Assembly (NCBI GenBank): GCA_963662585.1
Contig: OY759729.1
Coordinates: forward strand, 2,208,001-2,272,000
DNA: 64,000 nt
From: Candidatus Cloacimonadales bacterium
Lineage (GTDB): Bacteria; Cloacimonadota; Cloacimonadia; Cloacimonadales; JAFGVF01
Direction of reading: 5' to 3'
In this document: positions 33,778-44,100 of the stretch, piece by piece
Position numbering within the stretch: the stretch's first letter is position 1
Layout: the number at the start of each line of letters is the position of its first letter
Position numbers and translations under genes: made by a program
Notes under the pieces: generated by a model
The model's database searches: none
Seen by the model: the letters and a program-made list of their open reading frames with translations, nothing else
Told to the model about the DNA's origin: nothing

Positions 33778-36219
33778 ATGAAAAAATTATTAATTGTATC
33801 TTTATTCTTACTAAGCATGATTGGGCTTATGGCTCAAGGTTCACCTCATACTGCTAAATTTAATTTACAAACTGCAGCTGGTGGATATCATGCATCTGAT
33901 GCTATTGGATTTAAAGCTTGTACTAAAATGCCGGACGTTTTTGGTGGAGCTGAACAATGGACTGCTACTACATCTATGTACTGGAACTGGCCTGGAGTAG
34001 CAAATGATGCTGGTCTTAATTCAGCCCCTACACAGTATTATGATGTATCTGATCCTGATACTCCTGGTAGAATTGTAATCCAAATGTCTCCATTTACAAC
34101 TTGGGGAGCTGACTTCACTGGTGCTGGTGCTATTGTTACTGCTAACTTCTATTTTGTTGATGGTGAAGGAAATGAAACTGGCCCTTATAATTTAGCAAAA
34201 AGTGATGTTGCAAGTACTACCTACCCAGATGTAATCGCATGGGGCGGACCTGCTGGTCCCGTAGCTCCAGATTGGTGTACAGCAGTAAATCCATTAGCAG
34301 GAGCTACTGATGTAGCTACTTCTGTTGACTTCGAATGGGCAAATGAAGATGATACTGTTTTATATGATTTCTATTATCGTATAGTTGGTGCTCTTAATTG
34401 GACAAATCCTGTTAGTGATTGGAATGAAACTTCAGTTAATGTTCCTAATTTAGTTTATTCAACTGTTTACGAATGGAAAGTTGAACCATTCTTATGGGCA
34501 GAATTACCAGGTGGAGATAAAGTATATCCTGAAGGTGAAGTACCTGTATGGTCATTCACAACAATGGGTGCTCCTGTAGTTAACCCTAATTGGGCTGTAA
34601 ATGCTACTCCTGTTAACGAAGCAACCGATGTAGCTCTTATGCCTACATTAACTTGGACTTATGATGGTCCTGCTGTTGATGGTTATGAAGTATATTTAGA
34701 TGGTTTCTATCAAGATGATGTTGTCGGTACTCTTGAGTATACTATTGATGAACCTCTTGATTATAACACTGTTTACACATGGGGTGTAAAACCTTATATC
34801 TTAGAAGCTGATAAAGGTCTTAAAGGAATGAAAGCAGGTAGAGATGAACCTGGAAAATTATATCCTACAGAAGGTACAATGCCTACTACTACTTTCACAA
34901 CTATGGCAGAACCTGTAGTTTACCCAACATGGGCAACTTATGCAACTCCAGAAAACGAAGCTGATTCTGTAGCTATCGATGCAAGTTTAACTTGGGCTTA
35001 TGATGGTCCTGCTGTTGATGGTTATGAAGTTTGGGTTAATGGATTTGAACAAGGTGATGTAACCGAAATGGAATTTGTCTTCCCTGAAGATTTAAACTAT
35101 AATACTGAATACACTTGGGGTGTTGTTCCATTTATCTTAGTAGGTCCTGCACCTGATAAAAAAGTTTCTAAAGGCCGTCCTGCTGCAGTAAAAAGATATC
35201 CTGAAGGTCATAATTATGGCGATGCTATAACAACATGGTCATTTACTACTGAAAACTATGAAGATGAAAGTGACGAGATTCTTGGTGGAATACCAGTTAC
35301 TGTCCAACTTACTGTAGTTTTTGATAATCCTACTTCAAGTGATGTAGTTATTAATGGACCTGTATCAATTCCTACTATTGATGATGTATTAAATGCTTTA
35401 CCTGGTAATCATGGTGGATTCTTATTAGGTGCTAGAATATCTCAAAGTGTAGCTGGAACTTTTACCTACACATTTATAGTTCCTGGTGGAGATTATACTG
35501 GTGTTGTATATCTTGATGGTGTACAGTATTTTGCTGGTACTTGGGTTGGTGGTATAGTAACTGTAGTTATCACATTTGATGGTTCTAGAGATGATCATGA
35601 AGTTGTTATTACAGAACCTACCCTTCCTGTAGAACTTTCATCATTCACAGCTGCAGCTCATGCAAGTGAATATGTTACTTTAAAATGGGTAACAGAATCA
35701 GAAAGTAACTTACACGGTTATAATGTGTACAGATCTGAAACAGAAAATCAAGATCAAGCTATCAGAATTAACCCAAGTGTTCTTGCTGCTAATAACACAA
35801 CACAAACTTCAACTTACACTTATACAGACAGTGAAGTTGAATCTACAACATATTACTACTGGTTAGAAGTTTCTGAATTAAGTAACGAAAACACTTTCCA
35901 TGGTCCTATCGTTGTAACAGTTGAAGACGATGCTGTAGTTCCTGGTGTTACAGAAACTACTTTCCGTAACTTCGGTCCTTCACCTTTCACAGATGCAACT
36001 TCTACTACTCTTAGAGTTAAAGAAGGCGAAACTGCTTCTATTACTATCTATAACCTTTTAGGTCAAGTTGTAAGAAGAGAATCATTTAACGCTGGTGAAC
36101 ATAACTTCACTTTCAATGGCAGAGACCTTAACAACAAAAAAGTTGCTAATGGTATCTACTTTGTTAAAATGACATCTCCTACAGCTTCTAAAAGCTTCAA
36201 AATTGTAAAAATCAAATAA
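33778..36219 (+). CDS. Secreted FN3-repeat protein with LPVELSSF module and T9SS/FlgD-like CTD
   Basis: Signal peptide; three FN3-like Y.W.V.P repeats; TLPVELSSFTA; PSPF..IYNLLGQVV..ANGIYFVKM CTD; 15 bp downstream of the previous gene. Confidence 0.88.
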   Translation: MKKLLIVSLFLLSMIGLMAQGSPHTAKFNLQTAAGGYHASDAIGFKACTKMPDVFGGAEQWTATTSMYWNWPGVANDAGLNSAPTQYYDVSDPDTPGRIVIQMSPFTTWGADFTGAGAIVTANFYFVDGEGNETGPYNLAKSDVASTTYPDVIAWGGPAGPVAPDWCTAVNPLAGATDVATSVDFEWANEDDTVLYDFYYRIVGALNWTNPVSDWNETSVNVPNLVYSTVYEWKVEPFLWAELPGGDKVYPEGEVPVWSFTTMGAPVVNPNWAVNATPVNEATDVALMPTLTWTYDGPAVDGYEVYLDGFYQDDVVGTLEYTIDEPLDYNTVYTWGVKPYILEADKGLKGMKAGRDEPGKLYPTEGTMPTTTFTTMAEPVVYPTWATYATPENEADSVAIDASLTWAYDGPAVDGYEVWVNGFEQGDVTEMEFVFPEDLNYNTEYTWGVVPFILVGPAPDKKVSKGRPAAVKRYPEGHNYGDAITTWSFTTENYEDESDEILGGIPVTVQLTVVFDNPTSSDVVINGPVSIPTIDDVLNALPGNHGGFLLGARISQSVAGTFTYTFIVPGGDYTGVVYLDGVQYFAGTWVGGIVTVVITFDGSRDDHEVVITEPTLPVELSSFTAAAHASEYVTLKWVTESESNLHGYNVYRSETENQDQAIRINPSVLAANNTTQTSTYTYTDSEVESTTYYYWLEVSELSNENTFHGPIVVTVEDDAVVPGVTETTFRNFGPSPFTDATSTTLRVKEGETASITIYNLLGQVVRRESFNAGEHNFTFNGRDLNNKKVANGIYFVKMTSPTASKSFKIVKIK

Positions 36220-36225
36220 TTAAAC

Positions 36226-36580
36226 ACTGGGAGCGCCGGCATCCTGCCGGCATCTTCCTAAGTGGGAATGTGGAATTCCTCTAAATCCCCTTCGGTGAGG
36301 GGGACACAGGGAGTGTTCTCTTCTCATAATAAATTAAAAGCCCTGCGAAAGCGGGGCTTTTTGTATATCCCCCTCTGTGAGGGGGAATTAAAGGGGGTGT
36401 TCACTGGGAGCGCCGGCATCTTCCTAACTGGGAATGCGGGATTCCAGCCCGCAATAACTGGGAGCGCTGGCATCCTGCCGGCATCTTCCTAACTGGAATC
36501 CCGCGTTCCCAGATAAAAGAGAACACCCCCTGTGTCCCCCTCGCGGAGGGGGATTTAAGAGGGTTCCCAGTTAGGAAGAG
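36226..36580. repeat. REP cluster upstream of RAYT
   Basis: Several ACTGGG-N3-hairpin and CCCCCTC..GAGGGGG units in both orientations. Confidence 0.88.
36336..36363 (+). terminator. Intrinsic terminator
   Basis: AAAAGCCCTGC-GAAA-GCGGGGCTTTTT. Confidence 0.8.
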
Positions 36581-36598
36581 GTCTCAACTAATAAAAAG

Positions 36599-36627
36599 TT
36601 GACAGAATTCTATTCTATACATATCTT
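36599..36627 (+). promoter_or_regulatory. Putative promoter of the RAYT gene
   Basis: TTGACA-17-TATCTT. Confidence 0.5.
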
Positions 36628-36666
36628 TATTCTCAAGAAAGGTAAAACATTACTGAGGAGGTTAAG

Positions 36667-37227
36667 GTGTGTTTTTTATTTGAAGAAGAATTAAAGGGTT
36701 ATTATAAAAGAAGTGGCATTCCCCACTATGATAATGATATAGTCTATCAATTTATAACATTTAGATTACATGATTCAATCCCGCAAAAGGTAATCGAATA
36801 CAAAAAAAATGAATTAGCTACCATGAAAGATTCACTAGATAAAGATAGTGAAGAATATGAAAGACAACAGCAATTTCTCCATCGTTATGAAGATAAGGGC
36901 TATGGTCAATGCTATCTTAAAAACCCAAAAGTGTATGAAATTGTCGAAAATGCACTTAAGTTTTTTGATAAAGTAAGATATGACTTAATCGAAATGATAA
37001 TTATGCCAAACCATGTGCATATTATGATTAGACCTTACGAAGGTCAACATCTCCACAATATAATTCAAAGCTGGAAATCTTTTACTGCAAAGAAAGCAAA
37101 TCTCATCCTAAATCGTAGAGGAGAATTTTGGATGAAAGATTATTTTGATCGCTATATAAGAAATGAAGAGCATTTTATCAAAGTGATTAATTATATTAGG
37201 AATAATGATAAGAAAAGAGAAAGATAA
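36667..37227 (+). CDS. REP-associated tyrosine transposase (RAYT, HUH Y1)
   Basis: IPHY..FITFRL.DS, MPNHVH HUH motif, SWKSFTA, FW..YFDRYIR, YIRNN; GTG start after GAGGAGG; flanked by REPs. Confidence 0.88.
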   Translation: MCFLFEEELKGYYKRSGIPHYDNDIVYQFITFRLHDSIPQKVIEYKKNELATMKDSLDKDSEEYERQQQFLHRYEDKGYGQCYLKNPKVYEIVENALKFFDKVRYDLIEMIIMPNHVHIMIRPYEGQHLHNIIQSWKSFTAKKANLILNRRGEFWMKDYFDRYIRNEEHFIKVINYIRNNDKKRER

Positions 37228-37580
37228 CTGGGAGCGCTGGCATCTTCCTAACTGGGAAGGCGGGATTCCAGTTAAAAGAGAACACCCCCTGTGTCCCCCT
37301 CACGGAGGGGGATTTAAGAGGGTTCCCAGTTAAAAGAGAACACCCCCTGTGCCCCCCTCACGGAGGGGGATTTAAGATGCTTCCCAGTTAAAAGAGAACA
37401 CCCCCTGTGTCCCCCTCGCAAAGGGGGATATAAGATGCTTCCCAGTTAAAAGAGAACACCCCCTGTGTCCCCCTCACGGAGGGGGGATATAAGATGCTTC
37501 CCAGTTAAAAGAGAACACCCCCTGTGTCCCCCTCACGGAGGGGGATTTAAGATGCTTCCCAGTACTACTCCCAGTTAGGA
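37226..37580. repeat. REP cluster with a 5x~58-bp tandem array
   Basis: CAGTTAAAAGAGAACACCCCCTGTGTCCCCCTCACGGAGGGGGATTTAAGA units at 37269, 37327, 37385, 37443 and 37502. Confidence 0.92.
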
Positions 37581-37683
37581 AACTTGCAACCCATATCTTC
37601 CAATTTGCATCTCACAATTATATTATAACATTTCATCTAACTGGGGCAAAAATGAGAAAAAAATAAAAAAATAAAAAAAGATA

Positions 37684-38122
37684 TTGACAGATAAATTCAG
37701 AAAGTTATAAAATGCACTTAGAATTAATGAGAAATAGATCTTTACTTTGGTCGCTGTTGGCTATATCAAATAGAAATGCCACCACACTACTATAATAAGA
37801 GTAGTCAGCAACGGGATAAAGCTTAAAGATTGTAGGGCTATGGTGTATTGTTCAGGATTTGTTTAAAGAGGAATTACGCCACCACTGTAATTCTCTTACT
37901 AAAATAAACAAATTTAATGAACCACCAGAGCAAGTAAAAAATTAAATTAGTAACAGCACATTGAAGAGTAGAAAATATCTTATAAAGCAATGTCTGGTAC
38001 GCTTTTGATTACATCACCACAGTAATCATGAGCGTCCGGGATTGTTGAAAATTTTCCACACTTTCAATTATATGTTACACCCAAAAACAAATAACACTAA
38101 AATGTTATGGGAGAAAAAAATT
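37684..38122 (+). promoter_or_regulatory. Putative promoter and ~400-nt structured 5' leader with CCAC-loop hairpins
   Basis: A-tract, TTGACA at 37684 and a TATAAAAT -10 region; long hairpins with loops at 37778-37787, 37878-37886, 38013-38021 and 38051-38061. Confidence 0.7.
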
Positions 38123-41100
38123 ATGAAAAAAACTATATTAGCGATTATGCTGATTATACTAAGTTTAAGCTATGTCTTTGCAGATAGCGTTGTATTTAGC
38201 GACTCTCAATCTGGATATGATTATACTCCAACTGTTGCTACAATAACAACTGCAGATATCCCTGGTGGATCAACAATTACAGATGTTTTAATAACAACTT
38301 CTTTTGGTTCTGAAGGCTATATTGGTAGCTGGTATGACATTCATCTAAACATTAATGGTACAGACTACCAAAATGTTGGATTTTTGTCAGCTCAAAGTTA
38401 TATAGATCTAAATGGTTTAGGTCCAAATGGTTTAACTGTTACTGCAACTACTGAAGATTTAGATGAATATGGTGATAGCGGTACTTTAGCACTAAGTGTT
38501 GAAGTAGTTTATGATCCACCAGCTGGACTTCCTGATGCTCCTACTTTAGTTGCCCCAACTGCAGGTGCAGTGGATATGGCTCTTAATGTAGATTTAGAAT
38601 GGACAACTGGTGCCAATACAGATCATGCAGTTCTTTATATTGCAGATAATGCAAGCTTCACAGATGCTGATATAATTAATCCAGCAACTTCACCTTACAC
38701 TACTGATTTAGCTAATGGAACAACCTACTATTGGAAAGTTGTAGCTGTTAGTACTACTTCTGTAGAAATGGCGAGTGCTGTAAGAAGCTTCACTACTGTA
38801 TTAGGTCCAGGTAATTATATTTGGCAACTAGTAGATTCTTATGGTGATGGCTGGAATGGTGCAGCTATGGATGTTTTAGTTGAAGATATTGTAGTATTAA
38901 ATGATATTACATTTGCTTCTGGCTCTTATGCTGAGTTTGTACTCAGTGCAGAAATGGGTCAAACTATCACTTCTGATTTCCATACTAATGGTTCATATCC
39001 AAGCGAATGTTCATTTAAATTATATGATTATGAAGGAAATTTATTAGCTAGTGGAAATTCTTCTACTCCAATTAGTTACTTTGTACCATATCCTGGAACT
39101 CCTGATGCTCCAACATTAGAATCACCAGTTGATGGTGCTACTGATGTAACAATCGTAAGTGATTTAGAGTGGTCAATAGGTGAAAACACAGATGCTGTTA
39201 TTCTCTATCTTGCAAATAATGAAGAATTTACTTCTGCTACAGAAGTTCCTCTCACAGGTGCAGATACTCTTTATACCACTACTACTTTAGCTTATAATAC
39301 AACTTACTATTGGAAAGTGAAAGCACTTAATACTGTTGATGAATATGAAACATCTTCAGATGTGTGGTCATTTACAACTGAAATAGATCCAAATACACCT
39401 GATGCTCCAACATTGGTTTCACCAGAAAATAATGCTATAAATGTTGCTATTGATGGTAGTATTGAATGGACAGAAGGTAACATGACTGATCATTCTGTAT
39501 TATATATTGCTGATAATGCTGAATTTACCGATGCTACAATAGTTAATCCAGCAACTTCACCATACACTAGCTCTTTGGATTTATTAACAACTTACTATTG
39601 GAAAGTTGTTGCTGTAGGTCCAACTGCTATCGAAGTGGAATCTTCAGTTAGATCATTCAGAACTGAATACGGTGTTGCCACTGTTCCTTATGCTGAAAAC
39701 TTTGATGCTTATGCCTCAGGTGTTCAAGCTGACGGTTGGATTACTTTGAATACAACAGGTAACAGTTCTGCTCTTTCAGCTGTTTCTTCAAGTTATGCTG
39801 TATCTGCTCCTAGAAGTTATTATCTAACTAATAATAGTGCAAGTACTGGAAGTTTGATCGCATCAACTCCTCGCATGGAAAATGCAGGTAACAGAGTTAG
39901 ATTCTCTGCAAGAGGTGGAAGTGCCGGTTATATATTATATGTTGGTACAATGACTGATGCAACTGATGATGCTACTTTTACCCGTATTGATAGTCTATAC
40001 TTAACTAATACACATACTCAATATATTGTTGAACTACCTGCCGATCGTGAAGTAAATTATATTTCTTTCAAACATGGCTTAGGTGGTACTTATAGAAGTA
40101 TTTATTTAGATAATGTAGTTGTTGAAGAGATACCTACTGCAGCAGTTATTGAATTCTCTCCTGAATCAATTGATTGCGGTTTGTATATAGTTGGAGATAC
40201 TACAGCTGTAGCTCAAACATTTACTGTAACAAATGTTGGTGCTGTAGCAGCAGAAATTACTGAAATTACTGCTGGTAATGCAAGTTATTTTGAAGTTATT
40301 AACGAAAATACACTTCCTTATATACTTGAACCTCAAGCATCAATGACTGTTGATGTTAAGGCATTAACTGCTTTTGTTGGTACTCATGATTCTTATGTTA
40401 GATTGAAAGAGAAAATAGATCTTTTCTCATTTACTAATCATGATATCGATGTCACAAGTGTGATTCTTAGCACTCAAGGTGATGATCATAATGACCCATT
40501 TATTCTTAATGTGGCTCCTCAAATTGTTGTTAATCATACTACAACACCTTATAACACAACTTTTGACTTCTGTACAGGATCATCAGTTGTTTATAAACTT
40601 CCTTTATCACAATCAAAGATAATGGATATCTCACTTGATGGAACAGCATGGGATACTAAACTTTGGGTATTTAATTCATTTGATCAAATAGATACTGCAA
40701 CTCAAAGTACAGATGCTTGGTACTACAATGATGATGAAGGTAGTGCTAGTACAGGTGGAAGAGGATTTGTGGAAGAAGAAAAATCAAGAGATAGAGCTCT
40801 TTGGTCAAAAATGAATCCTTCATTTGCTCTTGCCGGTGACTATTATATTGTTGTCTCAGGTTATTTGACAAATAATGGTGCTTTCACTATGACAATTAAT
40901 ACTGAAGCTATTCCTGCTCCTGTAGCTGCTACAGTACCTTATCCTGCTGATGATGCAGTTGATTTACCTACAAACTTTAGCCTTACCTGGAATAATGCAG
41001 ATTATACAGAAACTGTAGATATCTATTTTGGACCAGCTGGTTCAATGGTAATGGTTGAAAATGATATAGACGCTGTTGAAGAATATCTTTTAAGTAATTT

Positions 41101-44100
41101 AACACCAAACACTGAATACGAGTGGAAAGTTGTTAACCGCAATTATGCTGGTGAAACTCCAGAACTTGATGTTGTTACTTGGTCATTCACAACTATAGGA
41201 AATCCTCCTGCAGCTGCAACATATAGCTCACCTTCTGATGATGCAGTTAATGTAGCTGTAAATGGAAACTTAGTATGGCAAGCTGTTACTGGTGCAGAAG
41301 GTTATCGTGTCTATATATCTACAGATAGTCTCTTCACAGCTGTAACACCTGTTGAACAAACAGCAACTACTTATGCTTACACTGGTGTTTATGGTACTAC
41401 TTATTATTGGAAAGTAGAACCTTATAATGTCGTTGGTGTACCAACTGAAGGTGTTAATGTTTGGTCATTTACTACCTTGGCAAATCCATTCCCAGAAGCA
41501 AACCTTGTCTTTGATGGTGTTAGAACTACAAATCAAGGTATGCCAATGGAACCAGGTGCTGTTTATACAACTAACCAAAATATCTATTATCAATCAGAAT
41601 TGAATTTAGAAGACTCAGCTATTACTTCTATTAGCTATCTATATAACAGCTACAGTGATTACACTGAAGAAGTAGATATCTATATGGGTCACACAATTAA
41701 AAGTACATTTGCTGATGCTTATGATTGGGAACTTGATGGAATGACATTAGTTTTCAGTGGTATCTTAACTGCTACTACTACTGAAGCAATTGTTACTTTA
41801 GAATTAGATACTCCTTTTGTCTATAATAATACAGACAACTTAGTTGTTACCTTCATGGCTAAACAATCTGGTTCTCAAAGTTATAGTGCAGATTTCTATA
41901 ATTACCCAGTAACTGGAAACAGATCACTTCGTGTAACAGGTTCTACTTTCTATCCACTAACAGGAACAATTCCTTATGGTACTTTAAAGGCTTATTTACC
42001 TGTAACTGGTTTCAATTATGAAGGTCTTGCTGCTGAAGCTGTATTCACTGTAAATGCTGATACCTTAACTTATGTTGATCAGGTTATGGATGCTGAGAGT
42101 GCTCCTCAAACTGTAACAATATCAAATAGTGGTATAGCTGACTTAGGTATTGTTAGCATCGCTATAAGCGGTACTAATGCTGATCAATTCATCTTAACAG
42201 ATGAAAACACATATCCAGCAACTATAGAAACTGCTGAAATTATGTCTGTTCAAGTTGTATATGCACCAACAACAGATGGTGATCATACAGCTCAATTAGT
42301 CATTACTGATGATCAAAATAGAGCTATTTATACAGTAGAATTAGTCGGTAATTCAATTGATACAAATATCTATGCAACAGATTTACCTTGGAATGAATCT
42401 TTCGAAGGTGACCTCCTCGGTTGGTATACTATTATTGAGTCAACTACTGACTATGCTAGTATCACATTGAATACTACAGCTACAAATGTTCAAGATGGTG
42501 CAAGAGCTATTCAATTCTATAATTCATCTGACTTAACTCCTAATCTTCAATTAATAACTCCTAATATCGTGCCAGATATGGGTGGTTACAGATTAAGATT
42601 CTGGATGAAAGGTTCAGCTAATGCTGGAATGATCTTAGGTAAATATGATACAGATTTACAAGTATTTACTGCTGTAGAAACCTTCGCTGTGCCATTAACT
42701 TACGAACAAACAGTAATTGAATTTGAAGCTGCCAGAGCTAATGAAAGATTCGTTTTCAAACCTACATTTGATACAGATTATGATTATGTCTATCTTGATA
42801 ATGTAACATTTGAAACTACACCATTAGTTCCTGTTGCTGAACTTAATGTTGAAGCTATTGATTTTGGTGAAATTGAAGTTGCTACAACTTCTTTAGCAGA
42901 AGAAGTTTCAATTACTAATGTTGGTCCTGGTACATTAAATATTGGTAATATTGAAATTATCGGAACTGATGCAGCTCTCTTTGCCTGGGATTATGTTGAA
43001 GAAACACCAGATATGGCTTTAGATAACGGTGAAACATTAGAATTAACTGTTACCTTCACTCCTGATGCTCTTGGTGCTAAAGTAGCTACTTTAGTTATTA
43101 ATGATGACCTTGGAAGAAGAATTGTTCTTAATACTAATTCTAAAGCCAGAAACACCAACAGAAATGCTAATGAAGTTGCTCTTACAGGTTCAGGATGGCT
43201 TCCACCACAAGGTTCTACTTGTGCAGATCCACTTCCTTTAACCTTCCCTGCTGTTGATGTTACAGGTAATACTATTGACTTCGTTGATGACTATTCATCT
43301 ACTTGGATTTCTCCAAGCTCTTCATATATTAATGGAGATGATGTTGTTTATCAATTTACCTTAGCAAATACATTGTTACTCAATGGTACAATAACTACAA
43401 CAGGTAGCTGGATTGGTGCTTTCATCCTTGAAGTTGAACCTAATGCTACTACTCCTGCTCCTGTAATTCTACAAAAAACTTCAACAACTACTACCTTGAC
43501 TTATAGTAATAATATGCTTCCTGCCGGAACTTATTATCTAATTATTTCAAGTTATCCTTCACCTCAAAGTATTGATTATACTATCAACTTAACAGCTGAT
43601 GCTTTACCTGCTCCTGCAGCTGCAGCTGGTCCTTCACCAGCTGATGAGGCCATTGATCAACCTACATCTCTTACATTAGCATGGACTAATGCTAATTATA
43701 CCGAAACTATAGACTTATACTTCGGCGAGGTGGGTGCTCGTGAAATGGCTCTTGTTCTTGATGATGTGTCTGCTGTCAATACTTACGCTGTTACTGACTT
43801 AGATCCAAACACTGAATATGCTTGGAAAGTTATTAACCGCAATTACTCTGGTGAAACTGCTGATACATTAGTTGCTACTTGGACCTTTACTACTATAGGT
43901 TCTGCTCCTGAAGCTGTTACTTACACTGCTCCAGCAGATGCATCAACCAACAGACCTCTAAGTGGAAACTTAACTTGGTCAGCTGCTACAGGCGCTAATG
44001 GCTATTTCGTTTATCTTTCTACAGATAATACATTTGCAGGTGTAACTCCTGTAGATCAAGCTACAACTACTTATGCTTACAGTGGCTTGGATTACGAAAC

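Noticed and set aside
37269..37563. Possible CRISPR array next to a nuclease-like gene
   Set aside because: The whole 58-bp unit repeats with no variable spacer; the neighbour is a RAYT
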